Assembly (NCBI GenBank): GCA_002269645.1
Contig: NIVC01001965.1
Span: forward strand, 1 to 64,000
Source: Macrostomum lignano
Taxonomy: Eukaryota
DNA length: 64,000 nt
Direction: 5' to 3'
Shown: positions 45,361 through 58,599 of the stretch, piece after piece
How positions within the stretch are numbered: position 1 is the stretch's first letter
Layout: the number at the start of each line of letters is the position of its first letter
Made by a program: the position numbers and the translations under genes
The notes under the pieces: model-generated
What the model saw: only the letters and a program-made list of their open reading frames with translations
What the model was told of the DNA's origin: nothing
The model's database searches: none

Positions 45361-45999
45361 GGTTGGCGATTCCAGTTGGGCCTGTGCGGATCTTAAATTC
45401 TCAGATACAGCCGTCAGTCAGGCTTTGACCTCGGCCGTCTTCGTGACTTTCGCTTGTTTTCGCTAGCTGCTGGGGTGCCGCATCCTGCAGTGTGTGATGT
45501 ATTTATGGTCTGTAGCGCATTGCTTTTGCTTGCTGCCATTTTATGTTTCCTTCATTTTTGCGCGAACCTTTGCCCGGTTACTGGTTCGGTCCCTAATATT
45601 CTCTGGACTCCTAGCGAATGTCACGGTGCGCTGGCCTGGATTGGCACTGTTGATTTGCTGCGCAGATCTGGCAGCATTGGAAGCAGCTCTGGTACTGTGT
45701 TTGTAGCAATTTTGAATGTGTTTGAAGCTGTTATTACAAAATATTAACCCAAAACAACATCAAAACATCAAAACAACATAATGATTTGTCACTGGTAAGC
45801 GGCTGGTTCATAAAACTAACGAATCAAGATAGATGCTTGATGGTAACAAAGAACGAAACAAGGAGGGCAGAGGAGAGTGAGAGATAGATAATCGCTCTCT
45901 GTAGACACTACAGTGAGTTTATATCGATTTTCATAGACTGAAGGCACAACCACGGGCCATGGACTTCTATACTTAGCATCTGGACTGGAAGCGAAAAAA

Positions 46000-46326
46000 T
46001 TATCGCAAAAAAATTACCACATGAGGCCAATTGTTTCCTAACATAGAGAAATCATCAGCAATGAACTGCGCAGAAGGCTGCTGACCGCGCCCAACCAGAT
46101 GCAACTGTTCTGTCACATTGTTGACAAGATGATGGAGGACAGCATTTACCTGGAACATTTCATGGGTCAGATGATGTGCACGGCTGGCCATGATGTAAAA
46201 GAGGGAATTATTTGCGCATTTTTCAACTGCATGATGAAAAATTTGGTCAAAGATATTTCGGTTGGTGGAGCTGGAGCCAAAAGTAAGCGAAAGTCGGCTA
46301 AACTTTCCAGTGGCAGTTCATACTAA
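46000..46326 (+). mobile_element. Possible P-element/THAP9-like transposase C-terminal remnant
   Basis: GQLFPN...EIISNELRR...MCTAGHDVKEGIICAFFNCMMKNLVK...KRKSAKLSS resembles the G.L..PS / C..H...I...F / KRK..KL tail of P-type transposases. Recognition is by eye only. Confidence 0.4.
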
Positions 46327-46874
46327 CAACTTTGATTTGTTTCGATGATGCTTTTCAATCTGTCTGACACGCCACTGACCTGCTTTCGTGTCACATCTAA
46401 GCTGTTCAGTCCTTTGTTAATACTGCCTACTCTCGTTTCTTACCGATTTGTTCAAGTACATATGCACACATGCATCTGTTTCTCTGCACACTGCTAATAT
46501 ATATAACAACATGTATATAATTCGTTCCCAATCACAAGTAGTCCTGCCTGAATATAAAATTAATCAGTTTGAATTTGCGTCGTTGCCTCGCGATAAAAAA
46601 TTAAATACATTTCTGATGGCCTCATGTGGTAACGCGAATTTTTTCGCTTCCAGTCCAGATGCTAAGTATAGAAGTCCATGCACGGGCCAAAGTGATACTA
46701 GTCTATGGTCAGCCATGCATTTGGCACAGTACACTCAGAGTATTGACCATAGGTTTCGACCATAGACGAACTTTTTTACTCTTGAGCTTGAAGTTTCCTA
46801 TCCAGACTCAAATTCAATCTGAGCTGGAAATGCTATAGTGCTACGCCACAGGCATTCTCTGCCATAGATATTTG

Positions 46875-47763
46875 TTTTTCAGTACGGGTGCCGGCAGCCG
46901 CGTGTGCAAAACCATTCAGGTCAGTCACGGCGGGTACGCCGCTCACAGAAATTTCAGCAGCCTGAACGCCCGGCTGGCAAGCACCGTGGCCGGCTGCCAG
47001 CACGTGTTCAGCGTCGAGAACTTTAGCGCAACTCAACTGCACAGGTGTCACGCCAGCTGCAACTCGCAGGCCTCGGGAAGGCGGCTGTGCTAGTCAGGCG
47101 GGCCCGATGGCTGCCAGCGCTTTCATGGCTGCATTGAGCGGCTGCAGTGCGACAGTTGCTACCGCCATCCCGACTCGGGTAGGGAAGTGTGCTGCGGCAG
47201 ACAGTGCGTGGGCGGCTGCTCCGGCAGGCGCGGCTGTTCGCGCCTTGAAACTGGAGCGTCCGGCCTGAAGCAACTGGAGCTGCATTTGCGTGAAGCAGTG
47301 CGACAGGAATTTCCCAACCAGCTCTGACGGTCGCCACTGCTCAGCCAAGTGCCCGCCAAATGAGATTCCAGCTGACGGTGCCTGTCAGCTGTGCTCTGCG
47401 CCTGCGCTCTGCAAAGCGTGCTCAGTGGAATCTCCGCTGCTCAACGATGCAGCGGCGATGTCGCTGAGCAACCGCGGCTGCGTGATTTGGGAGTCAAGCT
47501 CGGCTCTGACCGTGAAGGCTCCGATTCTGGCAAGCCAGGCCAGCCTGCAGGCTCTGGAATCTCTGCAGGTTTTCTCCGGCCGCCTCTTCATCATGCGGAC
47601 GAACCGGCTGGGCGCCGACAACCTGCGCTGCCTTCGCAACCTGCGATTCGTGTCGGGCAGTTTCGGCATCGCTTTTTTGAAGGCTCGGTACATCGGGCTG
47701 GCCCGCCTGCGGCACGCTCAGCACCTGCTGCTGAGAGACATCAGCGGCCTGTGCAAGGCCTAG
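46875..47763 (+). pseudogene. Truncated EGFR/ErbB-like ectodomain (furin-like Cys-rich region plus start of an L domain) with an in-frame stop and frameshifts
   Basis: CHASC...RLC*SGGPDGCQ (TAG where EGFRs have CW), CC.RQCVGGCSG, CVKQC...CSAKCPPN...CQLC...CKAC, GC.IWES.L, LRCLRNLRFVSG. Ends at a stop at 47763. Confidence 0.65.
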
Positions 47764-47817
47764 TATCCCAGCAACAGAATTCGCTAAATTCAACAAGTCA
47801 CCAAGGACTTCCCGATC

Positions 47818-48790
<973 letters not shown>

Positions 48791-49179
48791 GCGCTTTATT
48801 GAGCTATCATTTGTATTCATATTCATATTTCTTAGCGAAAATTAGATTCTTATGGCAATTATTATTGCGGAAATTTGATCTGCCACAATAGCAGAAAAAT
48901 GATGCAGCTGGGACAGACGCATATTTTGCACCGGAACAACTACAACTACTTACTGAAATACACTACTGCAAGTAGAAAGCACCATTTAAGTGTAGCAGTG
49001 ATGAAAAATGGAATTGTGCAAGCGCGCCGTTTAAAATTGTGAAATATTTCAAATTCGGTTCAAAGCAAAACTGAATCCCTTTCAAGGACTCTCGGGAGAC
49101 TCAAAAGTACTCAGAATGTGCACCGGTACATGTACATCTTCTCTACGTTTCATCCAAGCCGTCATCAACGCTCAGCTGC

Positions 49180-50760
49180 CGCTCAAGCCATCGTTTCGTT
49201 CACCCGCAGCTCCTCGCTCTCCTCCGGCAGGCCGCCGAAGCCGCCGCAGCCGATGACAATCAGCGGAGGCTGCCGACGTTTGCCGACGTTTAGCAACGCC
49301 AGTCGGACGTAACCCAGTGGTAAGCCAGCGGGTTTTGCCAAGTTCAGGGACTGCTGCTCAGGACTGCTCAAGCTGCAGTGATCCGCCGTTATGATCAGAG
49401 CTTGCGGAAGTTATCATAGGGCAACTCAGTCTCCTGAACACTTTCTGGGTGGCACCCAACGCCAAAAAGCGTGCTCAGAAGCAGCAACTCAAACTCCAGG
49501 TAGATTCTACAAACCGCGAACTAAGAGCAGGGTTATTATGAAAGAGACAATGTTCCCCTCCCTGATCTCCCAGTCGGGAAATTATCAACTGATCCTCTGT
49601 TAGTGCAGCTGATTCCTGGAATGAGGAAATTTTTGACAATAACTCTTTTACAGCTGCCCGCTTGAAGTTCTCCATCAAGTTCGCTTCCCAATGCACCAGT
49701 CCTGACTGATTGCCATCTTCTGCACTTTCAGTACGCATGTAATATATTGTGTCACTGTGTGTCACTGTGTGTCACTGTGTGTCACTGTGTGTCACTGTGT
49801 GTCACTGTGTGTCATTGTGTGTCACTGTGTGTCATTGTGTGTCACTGTGTGTCACTGTGTGTCACTGTGTGTCACTGTGTGTCACTGTGTGTCATTGTGT
49901 GTCACTGTGTGTCACTGTGTGTCATTGTGTGTCACTGTGTGTCATTGTGTGTCACTGTATGTCACTGTGTGTCACTGTGTGTCACTGTGTGTCACTGTGT
50001 GTCACTGTATGTCACTGTGTGTCACTGTGTGTCACTGTGTGTCATTTTTGTGTCACTGTGTGTCATTGTGTGTCACTGTATGTCACTGTGTGTCACTGTG
50101 TGTCACTGTGTGTCACTGTGTGTCACTGTATGTCACTGTGTGTCACTGTGTGTCACTGTGTGTCACTGTGTGTCACTGTATGTCACTGTGTGTCACTGTG
50201 TGTCACTGTGTGTCATTTTTGTGTCACTGTGTGTCATTGTGTGTCACTGTATGTCACTGTGTGTCACTGTGTGTCACTGTTTGTCACTGTGTGTCACTGT
50301 GTGTCATTGTGTGTCATTGTGAGTCACTGTGTGTCATTGTGTGTCACTGTGTGTCACTCTGTGTCGCTGTGTGTCTTCAGGTTCTGTGGCAGACAATCAT
50401 GAAGCTCTGCAGATTTGCGAAGCAGAGTATGCGGCAGGCAGAATCCTCCATGCGGCCGCCACGGTATCCAACGCGCACAGTGCTGCGGTCGCGTGCTCAC
50501 TGGTACCTGTTGCCCCACGCCGAGTTCAAAGCTTCGAAGGTGCGATTCGTGATGCCCAAGCATCAGCAGCTCTGGTGGAGGCAGAACGAACAGAATCTCG
50601 GCTTCATCGTCTTTAGTTTTAGAAATGCTTTGCGCTGCTTTTCTCTTTGCCGTTGCTGGCGAAGTCCAAGGCCATCTGCCGCATTCTTCCAACAGTTCTC
50701 TTAGATCCGCATTTTTGTACAGGTTGCTGCGGGCAATCTGGCAGATCTGGCATCTTGGTC
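49180..50760 (-). other. Coding-like segments of unknown identity flanking the 10-bp array, possibly degenerate exons
   Basis: Protein-like short frames (LNLAKPAGLPLGYVRLALLNVG; WEANLMENFKRAAVKELLSKISSF; CQICQIARSNLYKNADLRELLEECG). No consistent splice model or recognised domain. Confidence 0.25.
49748..50375. repeat. 10-bp repeat TGTGTCACTG
   Basis: About 60 copies. Confidence 0.97.
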
Positions 50761-51699
50761 ACAATAATGAATATTTAGCCCAATGCTTCTCTCATTCGTT
50801 CTTGTCAACCCAGTTAAGGCTATCGGCACTATGCAAGAAAATTCATTCATTTAAAACTACTAGGATAGACGAAACTTTACTAATTTAAGCTCTCCATACA
50901 ATTGGGGGCGTGATTGCGTGATTTGAGACAGTGAGTTGAGTTCAACCATTCCCTCACTTTGAAGTTATTGTACTGTACTTTGTCTCATAAACGATTACAC
51001 TTGAAGTTCTACAGGTGAAGTACAAAGAATTACAGCCATTTTGAAATCGTACTACTGAAGTATAAGTGTTAAATAAGCAAGACAAGCACTTATGATTCTT
51101 TTAAAATATGTTTTACACAGCTGAGACACTCTAGTTTGCAACATTGATAATCATTTTCTTCTTTGTAATACCATGTTGTATTTGATGTTCATAATCTCAG
51201 ATGTCTAACAAAAAATCAAATACAAGAGAGGTGGTGTTCCAATTAAGAAGCTCGATTAACTCCAGTTTATGGTAGATACTTACTCGGGTGAACCGAAGGT
51301 TCGGTCTGTTGTAGGGAAAGCGTCGGTTATCGGTTTATGTTCAGTGGGTCAATTTATCAGTTTAGGTAATTAGGTTGGGTTGGAATACGATCTGTTTCAA
51401 TCAAGAGTAACACTCCAGCAACGAATGAGCTGGGAGGTGAGGGATCGAGACAGGGGGCGATCGGGCAAGCGAGCTTCTTGCTTGATTTCAACATTGTTTT
51501 TATAGAATTCTAAGCCTTTCGGATTGGGGAGTAATTAAGATGGCACATGACTACTTTTCATTGGCTGAGACTGGGGTCGCGTCCTCAGCTTTTGCTTGTG
51601 GAACGCATTGATTGGTTGGAAACACTCTCGTACATTCAGACTGGATAAAAACTTTCAAAACCTAAATTTATCATTTCTTCCCCAATTACTGTAATTCTT

Positions 51700-52350
51700 C
51701 CCTCCCTGATTCCCTCTTCCCCTGCCCGATTCCCTCTTCCCCTGTCCGATTCCCTATTCCCCTCCCCGATTCCCTCTTCCCCTGCCCGATTCCCTATTCC
51801 CCTGCCCGATTCCCTCTTACCCTCCACGATTCCCTCTTACCCTCCCCGAATCCCTCTTTCCCTCTTCCATTCCCTCTTCACTTCCCTAATTCCCTTTTCC
51901 CTCCCGATTTCCTCTTCCCCTCCAAAATTCTTCATGTCCCTCCCCTATTCCCCTTCTCGATTGTTTATTCCCCTCCCCGATTCCCTATCTCCCTCTCCGA
52001 TTCCCTATTCCCCTCCCCGATTCCCCATTCCCCTCCCCGATTCCCTATTCCCCTCCCCGATTCCCCATTCCCCTCCCCGATTCCCTATTACCCTGCCCGA
52101 TTCCCCATTACCCTCCCCGATTCCTTATTACCCTCCCCGATTCCCTATTACCCTCCCCGATTCCTTATTACCCTCCCCGATTTCCTATTACCCTGCCCGA
52201 TTCCCTATTACCCTCCCCGATTCCTTATTACCCTCCCCGATTCCCCATTCCCCTCCCCGATTCCCCATTCCCCTCCCCGATTCCCCATTCCCCTCCCCGA
52301 TTCCCCATTCCCCTCCCCGATTCCCCATTCCCCTCCCCGATTCCCTATTC
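51700..52350. repeat. C-rich repeat (CCCTCCCCGATTCCC(T/C)ATT)n with G-quadruplex potential on the - strand
   Basis: Regular GGG/GGGG runs on the - strand. Confidence 0.9.
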
Positions 52351-52368
52351 CTACGCCTACCCCCTCAT

Positions 52369-52730
52369 TTAGAGCCAAGTAGGTCCCGTTATGCCGAAAA
52401 CCGACTACTTTAGCATTTGGGGATCTCTATGGGGAGAAATGGGACAATGGGGAGTTCATGTTAGGCTTTAAATGCTTTAATGGCGAGATGACCATGATAA
52501 AATTTATTTTATATGTTTGCCTGAAGAATAGGAGCGATGGTAATGTTATATTATGCTCTTAATAACCTTAGTGTTAGCCCCTCCCACTCCAGTGTTTCCC
52601 CGCCTTGGTGTTAAACCCTTAAAGCCTTAAGTTGACATGAAATCCCCATTTGTCCCATTTCTCCCCATAGAGATCCCCAAATGCTAAAGTTGTCGGGTTT
52701 TCGGCATAGCGGGAGCTTTTCGGCTCTTAA
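52369..52730. mobile_element. MITE-like element with ~90-100 bp terminal inverted repeats
   Basis: TCCCGTTATGCCGAAAACCGACTACTTTAGCATTTGGGGATCTCTATGGGGAGAAATGGGACAATGGGGA (from 52384) is the near-perfect reverse complement of about 52640-52714. Weaker pairing extends out to AGAGCC / GGCTCT. Confidence 0.75.
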
Positions 52731-53014
52731 GTTCACATCCCCTTTACCTTGCTAACGTGCGCATAAGTCATTGTTCGGTATATCGATAGAAAAGGTTTGT
52801 GTAGCAAATTGGAGAAAAAAAAGTTTAGAGGTTTTCTTCTATAGGTGGCCTTCTATAGTACGGACTTCTGCATCCCATTGCTTAAGTACAGTCATTATGA
52901 GTAGTTAGGGAAGGTCACTTCTAGCCTGCAAGTCATGCCATTTGACGTCATCGTCATCAAACACCTTTAAGTCACCGCTGCTGCTCCGCCAGTCTGAAAT
53001 GCGCATTGATGAGT

Positions 53015-53515
53015 TGCTGACCGGCTGTCAGGGATGCTGACCGGCTGTCAGGGATGCTGACCGGCTGTCAGGGATGCTGACCGGCTGTCAGGGATGCTGA
53101 CCGGCTGTCAGGGATGCTGACCGGCTGTCAGGGATGCTGACCGGCTGTCAGGGATGCTGACCGGCTGTCAGGGATGCTGACCGGCTGTCAGGGATGCTGA
53201 CCGGCTGTCAGGGATGCTGACCGGCTGTCAGGGATGCTGACCGGCTGTCAGGGATGCTGACCGGCTGTCAGGGATGCTGACCGGCTGTCAGGGATGCTGA
53301 CCGGCTGTCAGGGATGCTGACCGGCTGTCAGGGATGCTGACCGGCTGTCAGGTATGCAGTGGGTGTCAGGTATGCAGTGGGTGTCAGGTATGCAGTGGGT
53401 GTCAGGTATGCAGTGGGGTGTCAGGTATGAAGTGGGTGTCAGGTATGCAGTGGGTGTCAGGTATGAAGTGGGTGTCAGGTATGCAGTGGGTGTCAGGTAT
53501 GCAGTGGGTGTCAGG
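53015..53515. repeat. Two abutting minisatellites: 20-bp CCGGCTGTCAGGGATGCTGA (to ~53350), then 18-bp GGTATG(C/A)AGTGGGTGTCA
   Basis: Perfect 20-bp array of about 16 copies, grading through the shared TGTCAGG into the 18-bp array. Confidence 0.95.
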
Positions 53516-53556
53516 TAAACGCATTTCGCACTTGGCCAAACCCCGCTGAGACCCAC

Positions 53557-53857
53557 CTGACACGCCGTCCCTGCTGCCTCTTCTTCCTGCGGGACTCGGC
53601 AGCGGCGCCGAACTCCGGCTGCCGTCCGCGCATGGCGCACGCGAAAGCTTCCTATCGAGAGCTCCATTTGCCGGCTTCGATGACTTTGCAGTGCGAGATT
53701 CTCTGGCGTCTTCGAATTTCATGGCCTGCTCAAGTCGCATCTGTTGGAGCAGCTTGTACTCAGAGCTTCGCCTGCAGCTGCTGGCACGCCATGACGAGAC
53801 ATCAAAGACATGGCTGCATCGCTGTGTGAGGAAGCTTTTCGGCCCAGAGCCGCCGCC
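53557..53857 (-). CDS. Candidate internal exon (100 codons, S/R-rich), possibly downstream of the 11-mer repeat exon
   Basis: tcagcag|GGC acceptor, open frame GGGSGPKSF...EYKLLQQMRLEQAMKFEDARES...RDGVS, TCAG|gtgggt donor. Phase 0 matches the donor at 55703. No recognised homology. Confidence 0.35.
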
Positions 53858-53924
53858 CTGCTGACTTTAGTATGCTGTATTAAAAAAATAAAAAACATTA
53901 CCTTGATTACTTAATGTGCAACTC

Positions 53925-54600
53925 AATGTGCTGCCGGGCGTGCCACCAAGTGTGGCGCCAGGTGTGCTGCCAGGTGTGCCGCCAGGTGTGCTGCCAGGTG
54001 TGCTGCCAGGTGTGCTGCCAGGTGTGCTGCCAGGTGTGCTGCCAGGTGTGCTGCCAGGTGTGCAGCCAGGTGTGCTGCTGGGTGCTGCCGGGTGTGCTGC
54101 CAGGTGTGCTGCCAGGTGTGCTGCCAGGTGTGCTGCCAGGTGTGCTGCCAGGTGTGCTGCCAGGTGTCCTGCCAGGTGTCCTGCCAGGTGTGCTGCCAGG
54201 TGTGCTGCCAGGTGTGCTGCCAGGTGTGCTGCCAGGTGTGCTGCCAGGTGTGCTGCCAGGTGTGCAGCCAGGTGTGCTGCTGGGTGCTGCCGGGTGTGCT
54301 GCCAGGTGTGCTGCCAGGTGTGCTGCCAGGTGTGCTGCCAGGTGTGCTGCCAGGTGTTGCTGCCAGGTGTGCTGCCAGGTGTGCTGCCAGGTGTGCTGCC
54401 AGGTGTGCTGCCAGGTGTGCTGCCGAGAATGCTGACAGGTGTGCTGCCAGGTGTGCTGCCTGGTGCTGCCGGGTGCTGCCGGGTGCTTCCGGGTGCTGCC
54501 GGGTGCTGCCGGGTGCTGCCGGGTGCTGCCTGGTGCTGTCGGGTGCTGCCGGGTGCTGCCTGGTGCTACCGGGTTGTCTACTAGGTTTCTCGGCCAGGTG
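53925..54600. repeat. 12-bp minisatellite GTGTGCTGCCAG grading into 10-bp GGGTGCTGCC
   Basis: Tandem array. Explains the VCCQ / CAAR / VLPG ORFs. Confidence 0.95.
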
Positions 54601-55703
54601 TGTACCGGGAAAATAAAAACTGGGGTGTACTGGTTAGTTTCTGTGATAGAATATGAGACTGTTGGATTGAGAATAGTTTGTTGATTTGCAAATAAAATGA
54701 AGTTTTAGCAGGGCCACAGCAACTAAGCATTTCATCACAGACTCTACACTAGTGGGGGACGTTTGTTACTCGTGAACCCCAAACACGAGGAAGGTTGCAA
54801 GCAGCCATCTTAACTTTAGCTAGCGTAAAGCTATGATGAAAGAGCTCAGTATTTGCGGCCCGATATTTTACATTGGTGTAAGTGAGCTATAAATAAAAGT
54901 AGATAGGTGAGGTGTGTAGGTAGGTAAAGGTAGGTAATGTAAGTAGACAGGTCGGTAGATTAAATAGTTGAGCAGGTATATTTCTGGGTATTTAAATAGG
55001 TTGTAGGTAGGTAGGTAGGTAGGTTTGTAGGTAGGCAGACTGGTGGGCCAGCTCTCCAATTAGGAGTCTGGGGGATTCTGGGATGCGTGATGGAGCGGAC
55101 AGCAGGTGGCTAGGCTGCTTTCTGTCCCATCAAGCATCGCCTGCTCTTCCCTTCGAACTCCGCTTCCCTCCATGACGAGAGGCGGAGAAAGTGAGGGAGA
55201 GTTTAGTATGGATCAGTTTTTTGAGGTGGCTCGGCAGAGCCAGCTGTTTTCTGTGAGTGGGTGACTGTTGAAGAGGAAAGGAATTTCAGGTGCTGAATTT
55301 GATAAATTTTCCGAATTCTCTAAAAATTTTTAATGAATTTGGACAGTTTGAAGTTACATGAATTACTAGATAAATGATTGTAATTGAAATACTATTAGTA
55401 ATTAAAGATAAAAGTGTGATCGGTGTGCAATCGAGACGACAATCACGTATTATTTCATGTCAAGCTGCTTTTTAGAGCACTGCAGTTATTTTAATTTTAT
55501 TGCTTGTAAAAGCAATCTAGAATCAAAGAATGCAATTCAAAATTTAGATATGAATTTCATGTGTAATCTATTATAATTGGAAAACATCGGGTTTAAATTT
55601 TTTTGGTTTTTGTTATCGTTTGTTATTTTTTTGTTTTTTTGTGAGTTTTTGCAATTAAAGCAAAAGTAAAATAATAAAGCAAATTTGGCCGACCAAGTCT
55701 CAC

Positions 55704-57343
55704 CCGCACCGCCTCAGCCGGGAAGACGGACTTGCTGGCTGCCTGCAGACTCTGCTTCTCGGCCTCTTTCTCTTGCTTGCTCCCTGCTTCACAGCGCCTC
55801 TGGCTGGCAGCTTCCACTTGACTCTTCTTCTTGATCGTTGCTTCCGCTTCACAGCTTGCTGCTTCCGCTTCACAGCTTGCTGCTTCCGCTTCACACTTGC
55901 TGCATCCGTTTCACAGCTTGCTGCTTCCGCTTCACAGCTTGCTGCTTCCGCTTTACAGCCTCTCTACTTTCTTGCTGCTTCCGCTTCACAGCCTCTCTAC
56001 TTTCTTGCTGCTTTCGCTTCACAGCCTGCTGCTTCCGCTTCACAGCTTGCTGCTTCCGCTTCACAGCTTGCTGCTTCCGCTTCACAGCTTTCTGCTTCCG
56101 CTTCACAGCTTGCTGCTTCCGCTTCACAGCTTGCTGCTTCCGCTTCACAGCTTGCTGCTTCCGCTTCACAGCTTGCTGCTTCCGCTTCACAGCTTGCTGC
56201 TTCCGCTTTACAGCCTCTCTACTTTCTTGCTGCTTCCGCTTCACAGCCTGCTGCTTCCGCTTCACAGCTTGCTGCTTCCGCTTCACAGCCTCTCTACTTT
56301 CTTGCTGCTTTCGCTTCACAGCCTGCTGCTTCCGCTTCACAGCTTGCTGCTTCCGCTTCACAGCTTGCTGCTTCCGCTTCACAGCTTTCTGCTTCCGCTT
56401 CACAGCTTGCTGCTTCCGCTTTACAGCCTCTCTACTTTCTTGCTGCTTTTGCTTCACAGCCTCTCTACCTTCTTGCTGCTTTTGCTTCACAACCTCTCTA
56501 CTTTCTTGCTGCTTCCGTTTCACAGCTTGCTGCTTCCGCTTCACAGCTTGCTGCTTCCGCTTCACAGCCTCTCTACCTTCTTGCTGCTCCCGCTTCACAG
56601 CCTCTAACTTCTTGCTGCTCCCGCTTTACAGCCTCTCTATCTTCTTGCTGCTTCCGCTTCACAGCGTCTTTAACTTCTTGCTGCTTCCGCTTGACAGCCT
56701 CTCTACCTTCTTGCTGCTTCCGCTTCACAGCGTCTTTAACTTCTTGCTGCTTCCGCTTGACAGCCTCTCTACCTTCTTGCTGCTTCCGCTTCACAGCTTG
56801 CTGCTTCCGCTTCACAGCCTCTCTACCTTCTTGCTGCTTCCGCTTTACAGCGTCTTTAACTTCTTGCTGCTTCCGCTCTACAGCCTCTCTACCTTCTTGC
56901 TGCTTCTGCTTTACAACCTCCCTACTTTCTAACTTTAATTGATCTACAGCTGCTTTTGCTTCCCGCCTCACCTGATCTACAGGTGCCTTTGCTTCCCGCC
57001 TCATCTGATCTACAGCTGCCTTTGCTTCCCGCCTCACCTGATCTACAGCTGCCTTTGCTTCCCGCCTCACCTGATCTACAGCTGCCTTTGCTTCCCACCT
57101 CACCTGATCTACAGCTGCTTTTGCTTCCCGCCTCACCTGATCTACAGCTGCTTTTGCTTGCTGCCTCGCCTGCTGCACCAATCCTCTTGTTTCCTGTTGC
57201 TTCTGCTGCCGGTTGCTTACTGCTTTCGCCGCTATCATCGCCGTTCTGTTTTGCTTTCGCGTAGAAAATGGTTGCGCTTGAAGGAACTCGTGGTGAGTCA
57301 GCTGAGCTGAGAGCGCATTTAAGTCTCTCTTATGGGCAAAATC
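55704..57343 (-). CDS. Candidate large exon encoding a charged amphipathic-helix repeat protein (11-mers AKAAVDQVRRE and (G/S)REAVKRKQQE, 7-mer AVKRKQQ); apparent 1-nt shifts near 56595, 55895 and 55830
   Basis: cctgatag|GAT acceptor, about 60 codons of unique in-frame sequence, repeat units all multiples of 3 (33 and 21 bp), a unique tail, then CGG|gtgaga donor. Could instead be a non-coding minisatellite. Confidence 0.5.
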
Positions 57344-57486
57344 CTATCAGGATCGAGGAGCCTGGGCCATAGACATCTCGGCTTAGGCAGTGACTCAGCG
57401 CGTAAACTGAAGTGCAACAAGCAACTTTGCTTCCCGGTGGCTGGCCTTTGGCTATGAAAATAGCCGCGCCTCACTGCTCCAGCTAA

Positions 57487-57945
57487 TGTAGCTCATGACC
57501 CCAGTCTAGCTCATGACCCCAGTCTAGCTCATGACCCCAGTCTAGCTCATGACCCCAGTCTAGCTCATGACCCCAGTCTAGCTCATGACCCCAGTCTAGC
57601 TCATGACCCCAGTCTAGCTCATGACCCCAGTCTAGCTCATGACCCCAGTCTAGCTCATGACCCCAGTCTAGCTCATGACCCCAGTCTAGCTCATGACCCC
57701 AGTCTAGCTCATGACCCCAGTCTAGCTCATGACCCCAGTCTAGCTCATGACCCCAGTCTAGCTCATGACCCTAGTCTAGCTCATGACCCCAGTCTAGCTC
57801 ATGACCCCAGTCTAGCTCATGACCCCAGTCTAGCTCATGACCCCAGTCTAGCTCCTGACCCCAGTCTAGCTCATGACCCCAGTCTAGCTCATGACCCCAG
57901 TCTAGCTCCTGACCCCAGTCTAGCTCATGACCCCAGTCTAGCTCA
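57487..57945. repeat. 18-bp minisatellite CCCCAGTCTAGCTCATGA
   Basis: About 25 near-perfect copies. Confidence 0.97.
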
Positions 57946-58044
57946 TAACTCAGTTATTGCCTAATCGCTTGGTATCGAGCTAAATGCGCGAACATGTACA
58001 GGACGAAATTTCTACGCGTACATTATTTTCAGAATCCGTGTTTT

Positions 58045-58170
58045 AATTTTGGCGCCGCAAGAACTCAATTTTGGCGCCGCAAGCACTCATTTTGGCGCCG
58101 CAAGCACTCATTTTGGCGCCGCAAGCACTCATTTTGGCGCCGCAGCCACTCATTTTGGCGCCGCAAGCGC
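58045..58170. repeat. 21-bp minisatellite AAGCACTCATTTTGGCGCCGC
   Basis: 5-6 copies. Confidence 0.9.
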
Positions 58171-58599
58171 TATGCTTTGTCGCCCTGCAGCAAAATTATT
58201 GATTTCCTACTGCGCAGACCGGAATTTATGGGTGTATTACAAGTAACATAGATTTTAGGCAATAAGGGACTCGCCATTGTCTTTTTCAAATTGATTTCAG
58301 CTTCCATCCCAGCTCATGGTTTATTTCTGGTGTTCAAAACTCATTAAGAGCTGAATTTTTATGATTTGTAACATTCCTAACATATTTATGGACTCAATTT
58401 TCGTTAAGTTTTGAAAAATGATTCGAAATATTATGAAGATATCTGCTGGCTCAGCCTACACTACCTTAAGTAGTAAAAAAGTTAGTTTGTAAAATACGAG
58501 ACCCCACAACATGGTGCCCAGAACCTTCCTGTGATCATTATTTTCAATGCGAGGATAAAAGCCAAGTTAAGTTTTGGGCCTCCTTGACACGAAAGTTTT

